64,000 nt of DNA from positions 10,841-74,840 of the IMG/VR virus record IMGVR_UViG_3300035691_000003. The stretch is one strand, 5' to 3'. The stretch's first letter is position 1. Every line of letters starts with the position of its first letter. A program made the translations under genes and the position numbers. Under the pieces are notes generated by a model, which was not told where the DNA came from, searched no databases, and worked only from the letters and a program-made list of their open reading frames with translations. Positions 47,201 through 59,214 of the stretch are shown in pieces. The DNA comes from a virus.

Positions 47201-49759
47201 AGCATGCGCCCTCTTCTAAGTCGGCTTCAGTAATCTTCCCGCCGCAGTTCTGACAATAGCCATCCCCAATGTCATACCCAGCATCCTCGGCCCGTTCCCG
47301 CAGCCGCGCAAGTGTCGCGTCGAAGTTGAAGGTGGCGGTGGTAGTCATCGCACGCTAGCCTCCATGTCGAGCTTCGTCATATCGTAGAATCCCAGCCGCT
47401 CACAAATCCGCATCATCTGATGAGGCGTTTCGCGCTTCTCGTTGAAAATGAGCGCACCGGCACAGTGGACCGAGTTTTCAGTTGCTTCGTAGCCGCCGTC
47501 TAGATCGTCGTCGTTCAGCTTTGCAGTCTTATGACAGGGGAACTCGCCTTGCGCGAACTCTCGTAGTCGTCGCATTGAGAATCCGTGTGCCATCGACTTG
47601 AGAAAAGGACACGCATCGCAAGGTGTTGTCATCGTATACTTCATTGGCCCATCACTCCCCTCCCGCTCGCGTGGTGGCGTACCTCATCAGCGCCACGCCG
47701 CGCACGACGCCCATGTGCCACCATTGATAAGCCAACTGCTTCGCCAGTTGCAGGTCGGCTTCGGCTATGTCGCGCGGTGCGTCCGACAGCCATTCCAGCC
47801 AGCGCTTCTCAAACCCGTTATCACCGCGCACTATTGCGTCTGCTGCGTCAATAATCGCCATCACTCACCTCGTTGTTGGGATTGGTCACTGGGCCTCTTC
47901 GTCGATTAGCTTCTGAATCCGAGCGGCGGCATCGTACGGCGTCTCAAGACTCCAGTCGTGAAATAGACCATAGGCTGCATTGCCAGACTCTCTCTGATAG
48001 TTTAGGCCAAGCTCTTTCGCCGCCCTCGCAAGCGGACTTTTTACCACACGCCCCGAAGGGTCGATAAAATCAAAGTCAAGCACGCTGGACCTTTCATCTT
48101 CCGGTCTTAACTGCCGCTTGTAACCAGCCAGATCCAATGTATGTCCAGCAATGCACATGACTGAGCCGCAGTCTGACTTCACGGCAATCACGTTCATGTG
48201 AAAGTGCTCAGGATGCCGCATTCGCATGAACCGCGTCTTCAACCGCTTCAATAGCTCGATGTTCAATTTAGTTTTCGCCATCATTCACTCCTTCGCTTGT
48301 TATTCTTCAGCAGACGCAGTGGTTAGTAAGCGCCATCATCGACGCCTGTCGATACCGGTCACGTTCCTCGTCGGTTGTAATCACCACGTCTGCCGGATGC
48401 ACGTAGACCTCCAGTCAGCCGTTGCGCCACTCGGTAGTAACCTGCCCGCCGGTTTTCTCGGCTCGATACTTAATCGAGTTGAGACTGCAATAGTTGCAAG
48501 GTGTTAGTTCGCTCATCGGTCGTCACTCCCGCTCGAACACATGCCAGACGAATGGGCTTTGCTGGACCGTGGCAATGTAACGCCGTCTGATGTCGCCGCC
48601 GCTAACCACTGGGCCACCTGTGCCGATAGTCTCGAACACTCGCTCGTCGGTTGGTGGTAGGTCAAGGTTCACAATGGCCCACAGGTAAACTTCGTCTCGT
48701 TGAACTTGTACGGTCAAGACTTCCGCGCCTGCCGGTAGCCAGAGGGTTTGCAGGTCAGTTATCTGTAGTGGGTACTTGTAAATTGTCTGCACCGTGTCAC
48801 TCCTTCACTCGTTATCCGCCCGGCAGCACCGATAACACAGGTCGCCATAGGTCGCATCGCGCGTAGTCGGCTTACCGCACTTGCAACAGGGAACATGCAT
48901 CGGTTTGCCGTCGTTAAGGTCATCATCTGTCGCCATCATCCATCACTCCTTTTTCAACTGGTGGGGGAAGGGTTGGTTAGGTATTACTCCCCTCTGCTCA
49001 GTCTCGCGAGCTTTTCTGGTGACAAACCGAGCGGCTTCTTGCACGGCCACTAAATCCGGGCGATCAAAGAAGTCCTTGGCATCCGTAGTCGTATCCGCCA
49101 GCGCGTTCACAAGTTCGCGATAAAACGTGAGTTCTGTTCGCTCACAAGTCTGAGCGAGACTCAATGACCATCCTGAATCCATCGAGGAATTCCGCTCTGC
49201 GTCTTCCGCGTTCGCCGCCAGCCGCCGCTTCCACGACTCAAGGTCGAATGTTGTCATTGTCTCCGTCATTTGCCCTGTGCCTCCATCCATCATTTTCCCT
49301 GACGTTGCGGAGTCTAGCGTGCGTCTAGCGGGTTCCCGCCGCCTTCCTTGCCGCTGCTAGGACTTCGTTCAAGTTGGCCATCTTTCGCTCAACATGCAGC
49401 AGCGCATCCCGCACCGCGCGGTTAGGGTCTTTGAATTGAGCGCACCTGCTCGGCGTCCACATTGCCAGCCCGCCCGGACTACCCTTTACCCTGTCGCCAA
49501 TCATGCACCAAAACTTCGTCCCACCGTCTGTCGGGTATACCTGCACCGGCCCAGATACCGCCCGCCAGTGCCAGCCCATGTTTTCAAAGACCAGCGGCTT
49601 CCAGCCGGTCCCGCGCAGCCGCTTAACCAGCGCAGCGGCATTCGCCACGGCGGCATCGTACTCAGCTCGCGTACAACCCCGGCCACAAGCGGGCGCGCAG
49701 TACCTCGTCCCGTTGGCTTTTGGCCTCCATGATGGCGTTCGTTGCTTGGTCTGTTTCAT
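44203..49759 (-). other. cluster of about 18 small early hypothetical ORFs (e.g. 46766..47140, 47345..47644, 47886..48284, 48523..48792, 49325..49759)
   Basis: Coupled minus-strand ORFs; no recognisable catalytic motifs. Confidence 0.6.
48307..48516 (-). pseudogene. Cys-motif small gene interrupted by in-frame TGA (48415-48417)
   Basis: MSELTPCNYC...EWRNG*LEVYVHP...LTNHCVC*; frame continues across the stop. Confidence 0.6.
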
Positions 49760-49768
49760 AACGAGCGC

Positions 49769-49842
49769 ATCCTAGCACCGCCTGTTATGCTTGTCAACGA
49801 TTATTTTTCCACTTGACAGAAAAATCTGATTGCTGTTACCCT
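49769..49842. promoter_or_regulatory. divergent sigma70 promoter pair, near-leaderless
   Basis: Minus TTGACA-N17-TAGGAT; plus TTGACA-N18-TACCCT; ATGs 8-9 nt downstream. Confidence 0.7.
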
Positions 49843-49850
49843 GCGACACT

Positions 49851-50054
49851 ATGGGACGACTGAAACAGAAACAAACCAAGGCGCAGATAGCGGCGCGGGT
49901 ATCTCCTTTGGTGAAGATTGCCATTGAGTCGGTCGCCAAGGAGGAACGGCGCACCGAGTCGCAGACTATCGAAATCCTGCTGGAGGAATCGCCGCGCATC
50001 AGAGCGAAACTCAGCCCGTCCAACGGAACACGCAAGCAACCAGTCTCGGTCTAA
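49851..50054 (+). CDS. ribbon-helix-helix (Arc/CopG-like) regulator
   Basis: QIAARVSPLVKIAIESVAKEERRTESQTIEILLEE. Confidence 0.7.
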   Translation: MGRLKQKQTKAQIAARVSPLVKIAIESVAKEERRTESQTIEILLEESPRIRAKLSPSNGTRKQPVSV

Positions 50055-50063
50055 TAGCCAGCG

Positions 50064-51050
50064 GTGTCCTACTTTGAAGAAGACATACCCCGCAGGCCGG
50101 AGATTGTGTCTGGCCTGTTCAGGGAAGGGCAGATTATTACCTTTGCTGGCCCTTTCAATGTTGGCAAGACGCCCTTGCTGGCTGATTTGGCCGTGCATGT
50201 TGCGTCGGGGACCAAGTGGTGCGGGCGCGAGGTAGTAAAGCGCCCAGTCATCCATTTTGACTTTGAGTCATCCGATCCAGACTTTCGCCGCACCTACCGA
50301 AACATCGCCAACCGACTTGGAATCAACCTGAAAGTCCCAAAGGACATTGCCCCGTTTCTCCTTAACAGCACGATAGAAGACCCGCGCACGAAAGCGCTGC
50401 TGAACGTAAAAAACAGCGCCACGATGGTCAAGCTACTGGACGCGCTATTAACCAAGGCTCCTGACAGTCTCATCCTATTCGACCCGGTTGAGATGGCCTT
50501 TCCCATTGACGTACTGAAGAAGGCCTCCGTCTTGGCTCTTTACCGCCTCCTGCGTGAGCTTCTCGGCAAGTTTCCCCGTTCGGCAGTTCTGAACACGCAC
50601 AATCTCCGTAAGGACATGCGCCGCCCAGGGCCACAGCCGGATCTAATGCTCAACCCTCACGACTGGCTACAGGAAGTCGCCGGGTCACTCGACCTGATTA
50701 ACCGCAGCGACGTGAGACTGGGTGTTAACCGGCATTCCGACAACGTGGTGGTGGTAAACGGCGCGCGGCGGGGTGAGGACATGTTTCCCATGCTGCTGGC
50801 TCCGGTTGATGACGATCCTGATGAACTGGCCGGATTCAAGCCAATAGCCTCATCTAAACAAGACCTCCACGAACTCCTGTCACACGCTCAAATCGGCTAC
50901 TGGAAAGAGCTTCCTGAAAAGTTCCGCTTCATCGACCACGCCAACAACGGTATCCCCAAAAGCAGTCTCTCCCGGCTGATAAAGCGCTGTAGTTCCTTAG
51001 GTTTACTGACCACCGATGGCTCGTGGTTTACTAAGATTCCCCTCAAATAG
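50064..51050 (+). CDS. AAA_25 / RepA-type replicative helicase
   Basis: Walker A GPFNVGKT; HFDFE; ILFDP; HNLRK; winged-helix-like C-terminus. Confidence 0.75.
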   Translation: MSYFEEDIPRRPEIVSGLFREGQIITFAGPFNVGKTPLLADLAVHVASGTKWCGREVVKRPVIHFDFESSDPDFRRTYRNIANRLGINLKVPKDIAPFLLNSTIEDPRTKALLNVKNSATMVKLLDALLTKAPDSLILFDPVEMAFPIDVLKKASVLALYRLLRELLGKFPRSAVLNTHNLRKDMRRPGPQPDLMLNPHDWLQEVAGSLDLINRSDVRLGVNRHSDNVVVVNGARRGEDMFPMLLAPVDDDPDELAGFKPIASSKQDLHELLSHAQIGYWKELPEKFRFIDHANNGIPKSSLSRLIKRCSSLGLLTTDGSWFTKIPLK

Positions 51051-51072
51051 CCAATTCTCCACGCACGCAGAT

Positions 51073-51225
51073 AACTGGAACCAATGGAACAACTCTTTTA
51101 CTGGCAATTACTTAGTCACTGGAACCAGCACTGGAACTAACTGGAACTTGGTTCCGGTGAGGTTCCACCCTTGGTTCCATTACGTAACTACAACAAACTA
51201 CTGGACTTAGGTCATTGGTTCCACA
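51073..51225. repeat. iteron-like cluster, putative replication origin
   Basis: 5x TGGAAC followed by 4x inverted GGTTCC, directly after helicase. Confidence 0.6.
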
Positions 51226-51274
51226 ATGGGGTATGCGTAGAGGTTTTTTGGGGGCAAAAATCCAGCAAAATCGA

Positions 51275-54200
51275 CTATTTTGGCCTTGGTCTGAGCCGGT
51301 TCGCTATTTGTCTCCACCACCGCAGACCAGCATCCCCGTCGGTCGGCATGGCGATGACCAGTCTGAGCCTCCTCGTCGTGTCCTCATCCACCGGCCAGGA
51401 CATGCGACTGGTCTGGTGCCGGGGTCTGACGGCGAGCAGTTGGTCAATGTCGGCCAGGTCGGTGGGAGTTAGAACTTTTCCCATCGTTCCTCCTCGTCAA
51501 GTAGTACCAGCCAACGGGAGAGCAACGCTGCTGCCTCGTCGTCGCCATGTTTCAGGCAGTAGACCATCGCGCTGAATACGTGCTCATAGGGAGTGCGCCG
51601 GTGGCGGCGGATGCGCGCGCGGGAGTCGTCGAGGCGTGGGCCGGGGATGTCGGCGGTTCTCACCGGCGCACTCCAGCGGCGGCGGCGTCAACCGCTTTAC
51701 GCAGCTCGTCACGGCCCTTGATCAAACCCGGCGTGGTTAACGCGAATTCCGCGCGTTTGATAAGTTCGGCAAGCAATCGCCTCAACTTCACTACTGCATT
51801 GTGGTCGGCGACGATTTGCTTCATTACCGCCCGGTCGTCAGTGTTCAGTTCACCGTTCGGGCCATGCGCTTCAACTCGCGCCATAAACCGAAGGTTACCA
51901 GTGCGGGTGACTGAGACGATTAGTCCCGACTCTCGCGCTTCCCATTCATGCCACTCCCCCAGGCCAGCATTCGGGGCGGGTTTAAGGATGTCGTCGGTGA
52001 CGTATTCCACCCTCCCGCGCATGCCTCGCCCGGTGAATCCGCCAGTCGCAACGGGTCCGCAGCCGTCCTTCGGCCTGAACCCTGCCGCTTGTTCGGCGTT
52101 GACGAACTGCTCTTGTGTGACTTCCTGCCATTCAGTCTGATGGTCAGCTTTCAGGTAGTAGCGCTCATTCATCATCGTGTTCCTCTCACCGCGACTCAGC
52201 ACAGCATTCTGATAGGGTTTATCGTTGAACATTGGTTGCTAATCTCCTTCCTCGTCTTCCGTTGCCGACTCCTGAATCTCGCGCACTACGTCGTCTTCGG
52301 CGTAAACAAAGTGCAGGTTCTGTTCGGCGTCGCGCCAGATTTCATCATAAACAGCCTGCTTAATGGCGACAGTATCCATGTCCCGGTAGTCTTCCGGGTC
52401 GATGTCGATGGATCTCGTTGTTCCCTGCCACTCCCATTGGTCAAGTTCGTATTCGACTTTCATCATTGTCCTCGTCTCTGCTCAAATAAGCCTCTCTCAG
52501 CCGTTTTCCAAATCGGCAGTCTGATTTCACCTATCGCCACTTCCGACGCCTCCAGCCCGTTCTAATCGCTCGCCAGAGGCATCGTAGCAGCCTCTCACAG
52601 CCCGCAGGAGCCACGATTGGCCCCAGAGACGGCTTGCGCCTTGTCCGGCGGGATTCTGACGCCCCCGCCGTCCTAAACTCGCCTCTCTCGCAATAGACGC
52701 CGCATAATTGCCACGTTGACGTTCATCCACTTGTCACCAAACGGGAAGAAGTACCAGTTACGCCACAGAGCGATTTTCTTTTGCCGTGACCGAAACGGGT
52801 AAAAGTCAGGCAGGCGCATCCATTGCGGCATTGCAGCCATGTGCTCTGCCAGTGATTCCGAAAACCGTTTACGCCAGTTACGGCGATAGTTACTACGAGC
52901 CCATCCGAGAGCTTGTTGCTCACGTTCTGTCAGTGGTTGTTTCATTATCGCCATCACTTCCCGCCCCGCGCCTGCCTGAGCGCCTGTTCAATCTTATCCA
53001 CGCTGATTGCAAATCCTTCGCGCAGATCATGGATGTCAAAGTCACGCGCCTTTTGCCAGGTTCGCAGGGCGGCAAGCTCATCCTCCAGCGCCCGGACGAG
53101 CGCGGCGTGAATCGGCACCGCCAGCGCGATTGCTTCTGCCGTAGTATCAGTTTTAATACCCGTTGCAACCACGTTTCCAAAATGGTCGAGCACTTGGTAG
53201 TTCTCGTCGCCGTACTTGCGATAACTCCAACTTGCTCCGTCACCCTCCCGCAGTCCAGCATCGGGCGCGGGCGAGGATGTGACGCAATCCTGACAGGGGA
53301 TATAAACCGCTGTCTGATGTCGTTCCGGGTATAAACAAGTGTAGCGAATGCCGTTAGTCGCCTTGCCCGCCGTCGCCGTCTTCGTTATGGTGGTAAGCCT
53401 TCGCCGTTCGATGTCTGACTCCGCTACCTTCTCTCGCTCGTGGTCAGCCAGCATCGCGGCAGTCTCTTCCTCTGTTGCCCGTGTTCCTCGCATGGTGGTC
53501 ATCCCCATCCCTCCTTCACGCTGCCATCGGCATTCAATCCCGGACAGTCATGCGCCGTCCGCTCGTTGGTTATCGCGTCAACCCGCTCGCCGGTGTCATC
53601 GTCGATCCAGTAGTTAGCCGGGTCACAGGGATCGCATGAGCCGGACCATTCGTTTGTGGTTGTCGTTGTTGCCGTGGTGGTCATAGTCATTCCCTTTCAA
53701 ATGTAAAGTGGTTTCCGGTATAGCTGAGGCAATTCCTCGTAGGGTTTCTGATCCAGTGAATCGATCATCGCCTTTACCTCGCGCAGTCTGAACGCCCATA
53801 TCAGCTTGCCGTCTTTGAACGCCTCGAAACGGCTCATCGTGATATGACCGCCGCATTTCATGATTTCCCATCCCTTGTAGCTACGTGTCGTGCTCATCCC
53901 TCACGCTCCTTCGTTGTTGGTTGCCGCTGCTTCCGCTCAACCTCCCGGCACAGTGGGCAATGGTTCTTTGCGTGAATCCCATTGCCGTAGTAGTGGTCTA
54001 AACAAATCTTCATCTCAACCACGTCGGCAACCTTCACGGAGAATCCGCGCGCTCCAGTGCCGGGGTTTGAGAACTTCATCCTGTAGCCATTGCCGTTGTG
54101 TTCAATCGTTACCATTGTCATCACCTTCTCTGCGTTATCCATTCCGAATGCGCAGCCCTCGGACTTGAAAATCTCAATCGATTACAACGTTGCCCGCTCT

Positions 54201-57017
54201 GCCAGCTTCTCGGGTATGTCGCCGTTACGCTGAAGTTGATCAATCCAATCGACGAACGACATACGTGTATCGACAGGCTGCTTGTTCTGTCGTAGCGGGT
54301 TGCCGGTGTTGTGATTGACCCGGCATTCCAATTCTGGAAACGTCTCCCAAAACTCATCGCGCAATTGTTTCTGAGTTGTAATTCTGTAGCTCATGGTTAT
54401 CTCCTTCGTTATTTGAATCTCCCTCACCCATCACAGACCAGCATCGTGGTCCAGTGGTCGTCCAGTAGTCCAACCTAAACCCACGCTGGCCGCTTATCCG
54501 TAACCGGCAGCGAGCGCAGAAAGTCCAACACGTCAGCGGGTACTTCCTCACGCAGCCATTTAGTACCGTAGCGATAGCCGCATACGTCGCAGGGTTTAAT
54601 CAAGATTCCACGCGGGTGTTCGTTGGCGATGACCCAACCGGCACTTTTCGTCTCGCGTTTCTTAACCTCGTAACAGCCAGACAAAGGTGAATCTGCGTCA
54701 GGTGGTTCATGGCGGTCTTTATACCAGTCGTCCATGCTCGCCAGAGCGCGTTCAGTGTCGGACAACTGTGCCGCGTTACCGTCGAGTCCAGCCTGTGCAG
54801 CCTTGGCGAGTGCCCGTTCGCGTAATCTGTACGCCTCGGTTGTCAATCCGTAAGAGACAACCTCCAGTTTCTCACTTGGGTTCCATGTCTCGCGCTGATG
54901 TTCACAACCGGCCCGCATGTCGTTTAAGTGCCAGCGGTCCCAAACCTCGAACAACCGCTGTAATTGCCCGCCGGTCCAACCCGGCGCAAGCCGCAGTTCG
55001 TCTACCTTCATTCCCATATTGATCTGCCCACACGATCCAGCACAGTCGCCATTACTTCGTGGTCCAACTACGCCAGTCATAGACAATCGCCCATCATTGC
55101 TGTACTTAACCTCGACGAACACCGGCACGAAATGATTGCCCATGTGTTCGTCTGCCGGATGCAGCACCTTGGTAAACGCTGCCCGAGTTGTAATCGTAGT
55201 GTTAGACACTGTTTCCGTTGTCATGGTTCTATCCTCTCCTCATTTGTACTCGCCTGCCCGAGTCTGATTGCCGGTTGCTACCTCGCCTGCTCACCACGCG
55301 GCGGCAACTCCAAAAACTCCGTCAACCATAGCCGCGAGCGTGAGTTGAGCGCATCCTTGCCGTTTAGCCACTCAACGTGATAAGCCAGCTCCAGCGTCGC
55401 CGTGCTAAGCTCCTGCACCATGCCGAGCAGTTGGAATAGCGCCTGCCGTGAATCTTCTGAGTTGCCACTGGCAATTGCGTTGTAAGTCTCTCTCGCGTTC
55501 ATTGTCTTTCGATCTCCTCACTTGGGTTTAGTTCAGTGTCGATGCTCCGCGTTGCGCGAACCGTCGTAAGTAGTCGCTGCCTGTGTTGCGCGGAAATTGT
55601 CCTAACCGTTGCAGGTAGCTATCACACTGTTTACGACTGCGTTCGCCTGCAACTTTGAGCGTGATACGTCGCTGTAGTGCTCGCGTAAATTCCCGCTTCC
55701 AACGTTGCGCCGCCGCAGAGTTTTCACCTTGCTTGATAGCTGCAATCCGTGGCCGCACGATGGCTAGATAGTCTGCGACGTATTCATACTTCGGCCATTG
55801 TGGTCTAAGGAATTGTCGCTCACAATCTGCGCGACACTCCTGGCAATCGTTGTGACTGACACGCAAGCTGATATGCTGTTTATGTTCGTTGGTCTGCATC
55901 GTCCTCTCCCTTTCAAGTCGAATGGTTGGCGTGGTGGTTCTAATAAACGTAATGATCAGGACTAGCCCACCGTCGCCGCGTGCCGTGGTCTACGTCCTCT
56001 ACGAACGTCTTTTGCCTGCCGTTCTTGTACTTCCACGGAATCGCGGACGGATTAAATAGAATCTCCTGCAGTGAGTAACGGGCAGTCACGTTGCCAAAGT
56101 TGTTCAATGTAACCGCGCCAATCACTTTCCACTCGCCAGACGGCTGCATTTGAATCGCGGGCCGTCCCACGCTGCCGTCTACGTATAAATCCATGTGCTC
56201 AGAACCCTGTACGATTGTTGCTATTGCTTTTGCCATCACCATCCCTCCTTCTCCTCAGTTTCAATCTCACGCCGGGCAGGCTACGCGCCGAACTCCCGCA
56301 CTAGCGCCACGATGCGCGACTCCTGTGTTCCCGGCTCAAAGGCTAGTGGGTGTCCAGCTTCCACGAGCATACGATCAACTTCGTCGCGTTCAGCCTGCGT
56401 CATGCGCGACCATGCTTCATGGATAAACCGGCCATTCTCGTAACTCTTGAGATAGAACACTCGTTGTAACTGTGGTAATTCGTCAATAGTTGTCATTACT
56501 CACTCCTCTCTCAATTCCCGCCGCCCTGGCTAGTTAATCACCTGTCGCAAGTCCTGGTAGCGCCGCAGGGCGTCAGTCAGCTCGGCCAGCGTGGCATCCG
56601 CCGCAACCTTAGCGTCATACAGTGCCCGCATCTCGGAACCAACCGCGCCACGCGCCGCTTTTGAGTAGCGGTCAATCCTGAGCCGATCCAATTCCGCCTG
56701 CCACGCATTCTCAGCCGTTCTAGCCGCTTCGTACGCTTTGAGAACCTCGTCACGCACGCTCTTTACGCTCTTGATAACCATTGCCATCCTCCGATTCCCG
56801 CCGCCGTGGTTGGTAGCTACCACTTAGGCGAAGCCAGCGCCCGACTAACGCGGATTTCCTGCTTTTCCTTATCGTTATGTACGTTGCAGTCAAGGCGACC
56901 GTTGATAAGGATATTGGTGTCGATTCCGCACCACCGACACTTGCCGATAGCTACGCTGTAGGTTTCTCGTGGTCGTTGCTGCTTTGGTTGCGTATCATTG
57001 TTAGTTATCGTCATCAC
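51275..57017 (-). other. cluster of about 20 small early hypothetical ORFs (e.g. 51660..52232, 52954..53508, 54475..55224, 55528..55899)
   Basis: Coupled minus-strand ORFs with strong GGAG RBS. Confidence 0.6.
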
Positions 57018-57036
57018 TCAACCCTCCTTCACCGTC

Positions 57037-57474
57037 TCAATTGTTTAAATTTACCGTCGCACTTCTTAGTTCTGAGTGTCTAGCCATATGGTGTTGCGAA
57101 CAAAGCCAGACAACATCTAACGGCCTGCTATAGTCTTCATGGTGCGCCTGAGAGCGAGTACTACCACAGATCGCGCAAGGTTCTTTGGTTAGTCTGCCAT
57201 GTTGCAGGGCGTATTTTACGGCGTCGTAAGCAGCTCGCTTATCCTTGTTGTTCCGATCGTAATTCCGATACCGCTCTTGCCTGCTTTTCCGATGCTTCAA
57301 GTAGCTTCTTTTAGCTGATGCCCTACGAACCTCGCGGCCAGTTCTAGCTTCGTGCTCGCTGTCTGCTTTACACTTACAGATACGGCAGTAATGATGCTTA
57401 CCATCTTTAGCTGAGCGGTTGTTATTAAACTCGCTCAACTCTTTATCCTGCCCGCATCGTGAACAACGTTTCAT
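57037..57474 (-). CDS. HNH-like endonuclease
   Basis: CSRCGQDKELSEF; PCAICG..QAHHEDYSRPLDVVWLCSQHH; start MKRC after AAGGT. Confidence 0.75.
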   Translation of the reverse strand: MKRCSRCGQDKELSEFNNNRSAKDGKHHYCRICKCKADSEHEARTGREVRRASAKRSYLKHRKSRQERYRNYDRNNKDKRAAYDAVKYALQHGRLTKEPCAICGSTRSQAHHEDYSRPLDVVWLCSQHHMARHSELRSATVNLNN

Positions 57475-57486
57475 GGCTACCTTTTC

Positions 57487-57824
57487 AATCGAACACCGGC
57501 ATCCTAGCCGACAAATATCTTCCGCCCGCGCACACGGAACCACGTCGATCCCGCGTTCCCGTACTGCGTCACGTACAGGCGATATAACTTGTCCTCGAAA
57601 TTGATCTTGTATGGCGACGTGAGCTTTGCGCCGTAGCCGGTAGCGGTTTGTTGCAACCCGCGCTTCTGCCAGTCGAGCGGATCGTATAGAAGTTCGTCAG
57701 TAGAGGCGAACAGCTTACCCGCGCCGTCAATGGCGGTATGAGCGCGAACGTCGGATTCCAAGAAGTGTTTTAGCATTGCCTTAGCTCCATTCAGCTATCA
57801 AGTTAATCGAACACCGGCATCCTA
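57487..57824. repeat. 20-bp direct repeat AATCGAACACCGGCATCCTA (57487-57506, 57805-57824)
   Basis: Exact duplicate flanking ORF 57504..57776. Confidence 0.85.
57504..57776 (-). CDS. hypothetical protein, first gene of leftward early operon
   Basis: TATGYGAKLTSPYKI..RLYVTQYGNAGS; GGAG RBS. Confidence 0.7.
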   Translation of the reverse strand: MLKHFLESDVRAHTAIDGAGKLFASTDELLYDPLDWQKRGLQQTATGYGAKLTSPYKINFEDKLYRLYVTQYGNAGSTWFRVRGRKIFVG

Positions 57825-57889
57825 CGCCTCCATTATTTCACTTGTCAACTACTTTTTTCTTGACGAGCAAACTTTCTTTATGGTAGTCT
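57819..57889. promoter_or_regulatory. divergent promoter pair
   Basis: Minus TTGACA-N18-TAGGAT; plus TTGACG-N18-(TG.)TAGTCT with ATG 7 nt later. Confidence 0.7.
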
Positions 57890-57896
57890 CCGAGAC

Positions 57897-58442
57897 ATGG
57901 AAGCGGATGACCTATATCAAACGATTAACGCGCTACCGGCAGCGAGCGGTGTTTACCGGATCTGGAATGAGCGAACAGGCGATTCATATATCGGAGCATC
58001 GAAAAACATCCGCGTGCGCTGCTTCCAGCATTTTTCCCGTATGTCTAATGGCCAGGCGTCAAAGGTGCTGGCTGAGGCTTTCAGACCGGGCAACGGCAGC
58101 GCGTGCATTGAAGTGCTGACGCTTTGCGATCCGGGAGAACTAGACCGCGAGGAGCGCCGATTTATCCGGCAGTTAAAACCGTCACTTAATAGTCATCCGC
58201 ATAAACGCTTGAAGTCGGCAATCGACACGAAAAAAGAGATGGTCACGATAGCGGAAGCCGCAAAGCTGAAAAACTGTTCAAGACAGGCAATCCATGCAGC
58301 TATTCGCAGTAACCGCCTTGAAGGAGTGCCGGAGACTGTTACGACAACGATTTGGCATGTCACGTCTAAGTCATTAGCGCAATTTAAACCTAACCCAAAC
58401 ATGCAACGAAGCGGCAGACCGCGAAAGGATACGAGGAAATGA
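57897..58442 (+). CDS. GIY-YIG nuclease domain fused to HTH DNA-binding domain
   Basis: SGVYRI..SYIGAS..R..QH..E..FI..LN; VTIAEAAKLKNCSRQAIHAAIRSNRL; GRPRK. Confidence 0.75.
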   Translation: MEADDLYQTINALPAASGVYRIWNERTGDSYIGASKNIRVRCFQHFSRMSNGQASKVLAEAFRPGNGSACIEVLTLCDPGELDREERRFIRQLKPSLNSHPHKRLKSAIDTKKEMVTIAEAAKLKNCSRQAIHAAIRSNRLEGVPETVTTTIWHVTSKSLAQFKPNPNMQRSGRPRKDTRK

Positions 58443-58644
58443 GACTGGACACTAATAATCGCAGGGCGCAACAACGGGAAGCGCGACTACGCCGTGAGAT
58501 TGAAGCGCCATTACCAGACAATGGCCATCCACGCTATCAGCCAAGTGTCGGGTCTTTGATTGACTGCAAAGGCAACTGCGGCAAAGTAACCATGCCCAGC
58601 CTGAGAAACGGCTACTGCCGCGACTGCGCGCAGCCGAACGAAAG

Positions 58645-58905
58645 GTGAAAGGTGAAAGGGAAGTGATGGACTACAGAGCAGAAGATGACGCGATTCTACG
58701 CAAGGTGACAACCGACGCACTCAAACGTGTCGGCGCAACGGTCACACAGGGTAACAGTTATCTCAGTGTCGGCTGCGAGGACGAAGGCGAGTTACAACTG
58801 GCACTACAAGGCGCTGATATCCTGCAACGTGAATCATCCGGCGCAACGCAGCGCAGCTATTACAATCTCGGTTGCGCGATCAGGCGCAGGCTCGGTCAGC
58901 TATGA
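58645..58905 (+). CDS. hypothetical protein
   Basis: ORF in rightward operon. Confidence 0.5.
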   Translation: MKGEREVMDYRAEDDAILRKVTTDALKRVGATVTQGNSYLSVGCEDEGELQLALQGADILQRESSGATQRSYYNLGCAIRRRLGQL

Positions 58906-59214
58906 GATACAAGCACTCAAAGCGCGAACGACGCAGAATAGGCCGTCAAGTGCGGCGGTTGCGTAGATTGCGCGCGGTAGTAGCTGCGCGACACGTCAAT
59001 CTATTCTCTGCCGTGATCAGCCGGCAGCAACCACCGCCAGCGCGGGAAGGGTGAATGGCTATGAAAGATCTACTGGAAACAACCGTTAGTGTAGTCCTTG
59101 CAATCGCTTTAATCGCAGCGACTTACAGCTACCTCAGCACATGGCTGACGGCGCTTGTCAGTAGCCAGTTCGACAAGGTATTGCCATAGGTGCCGCTCAC
59201 TGTGGTAATCTCAG

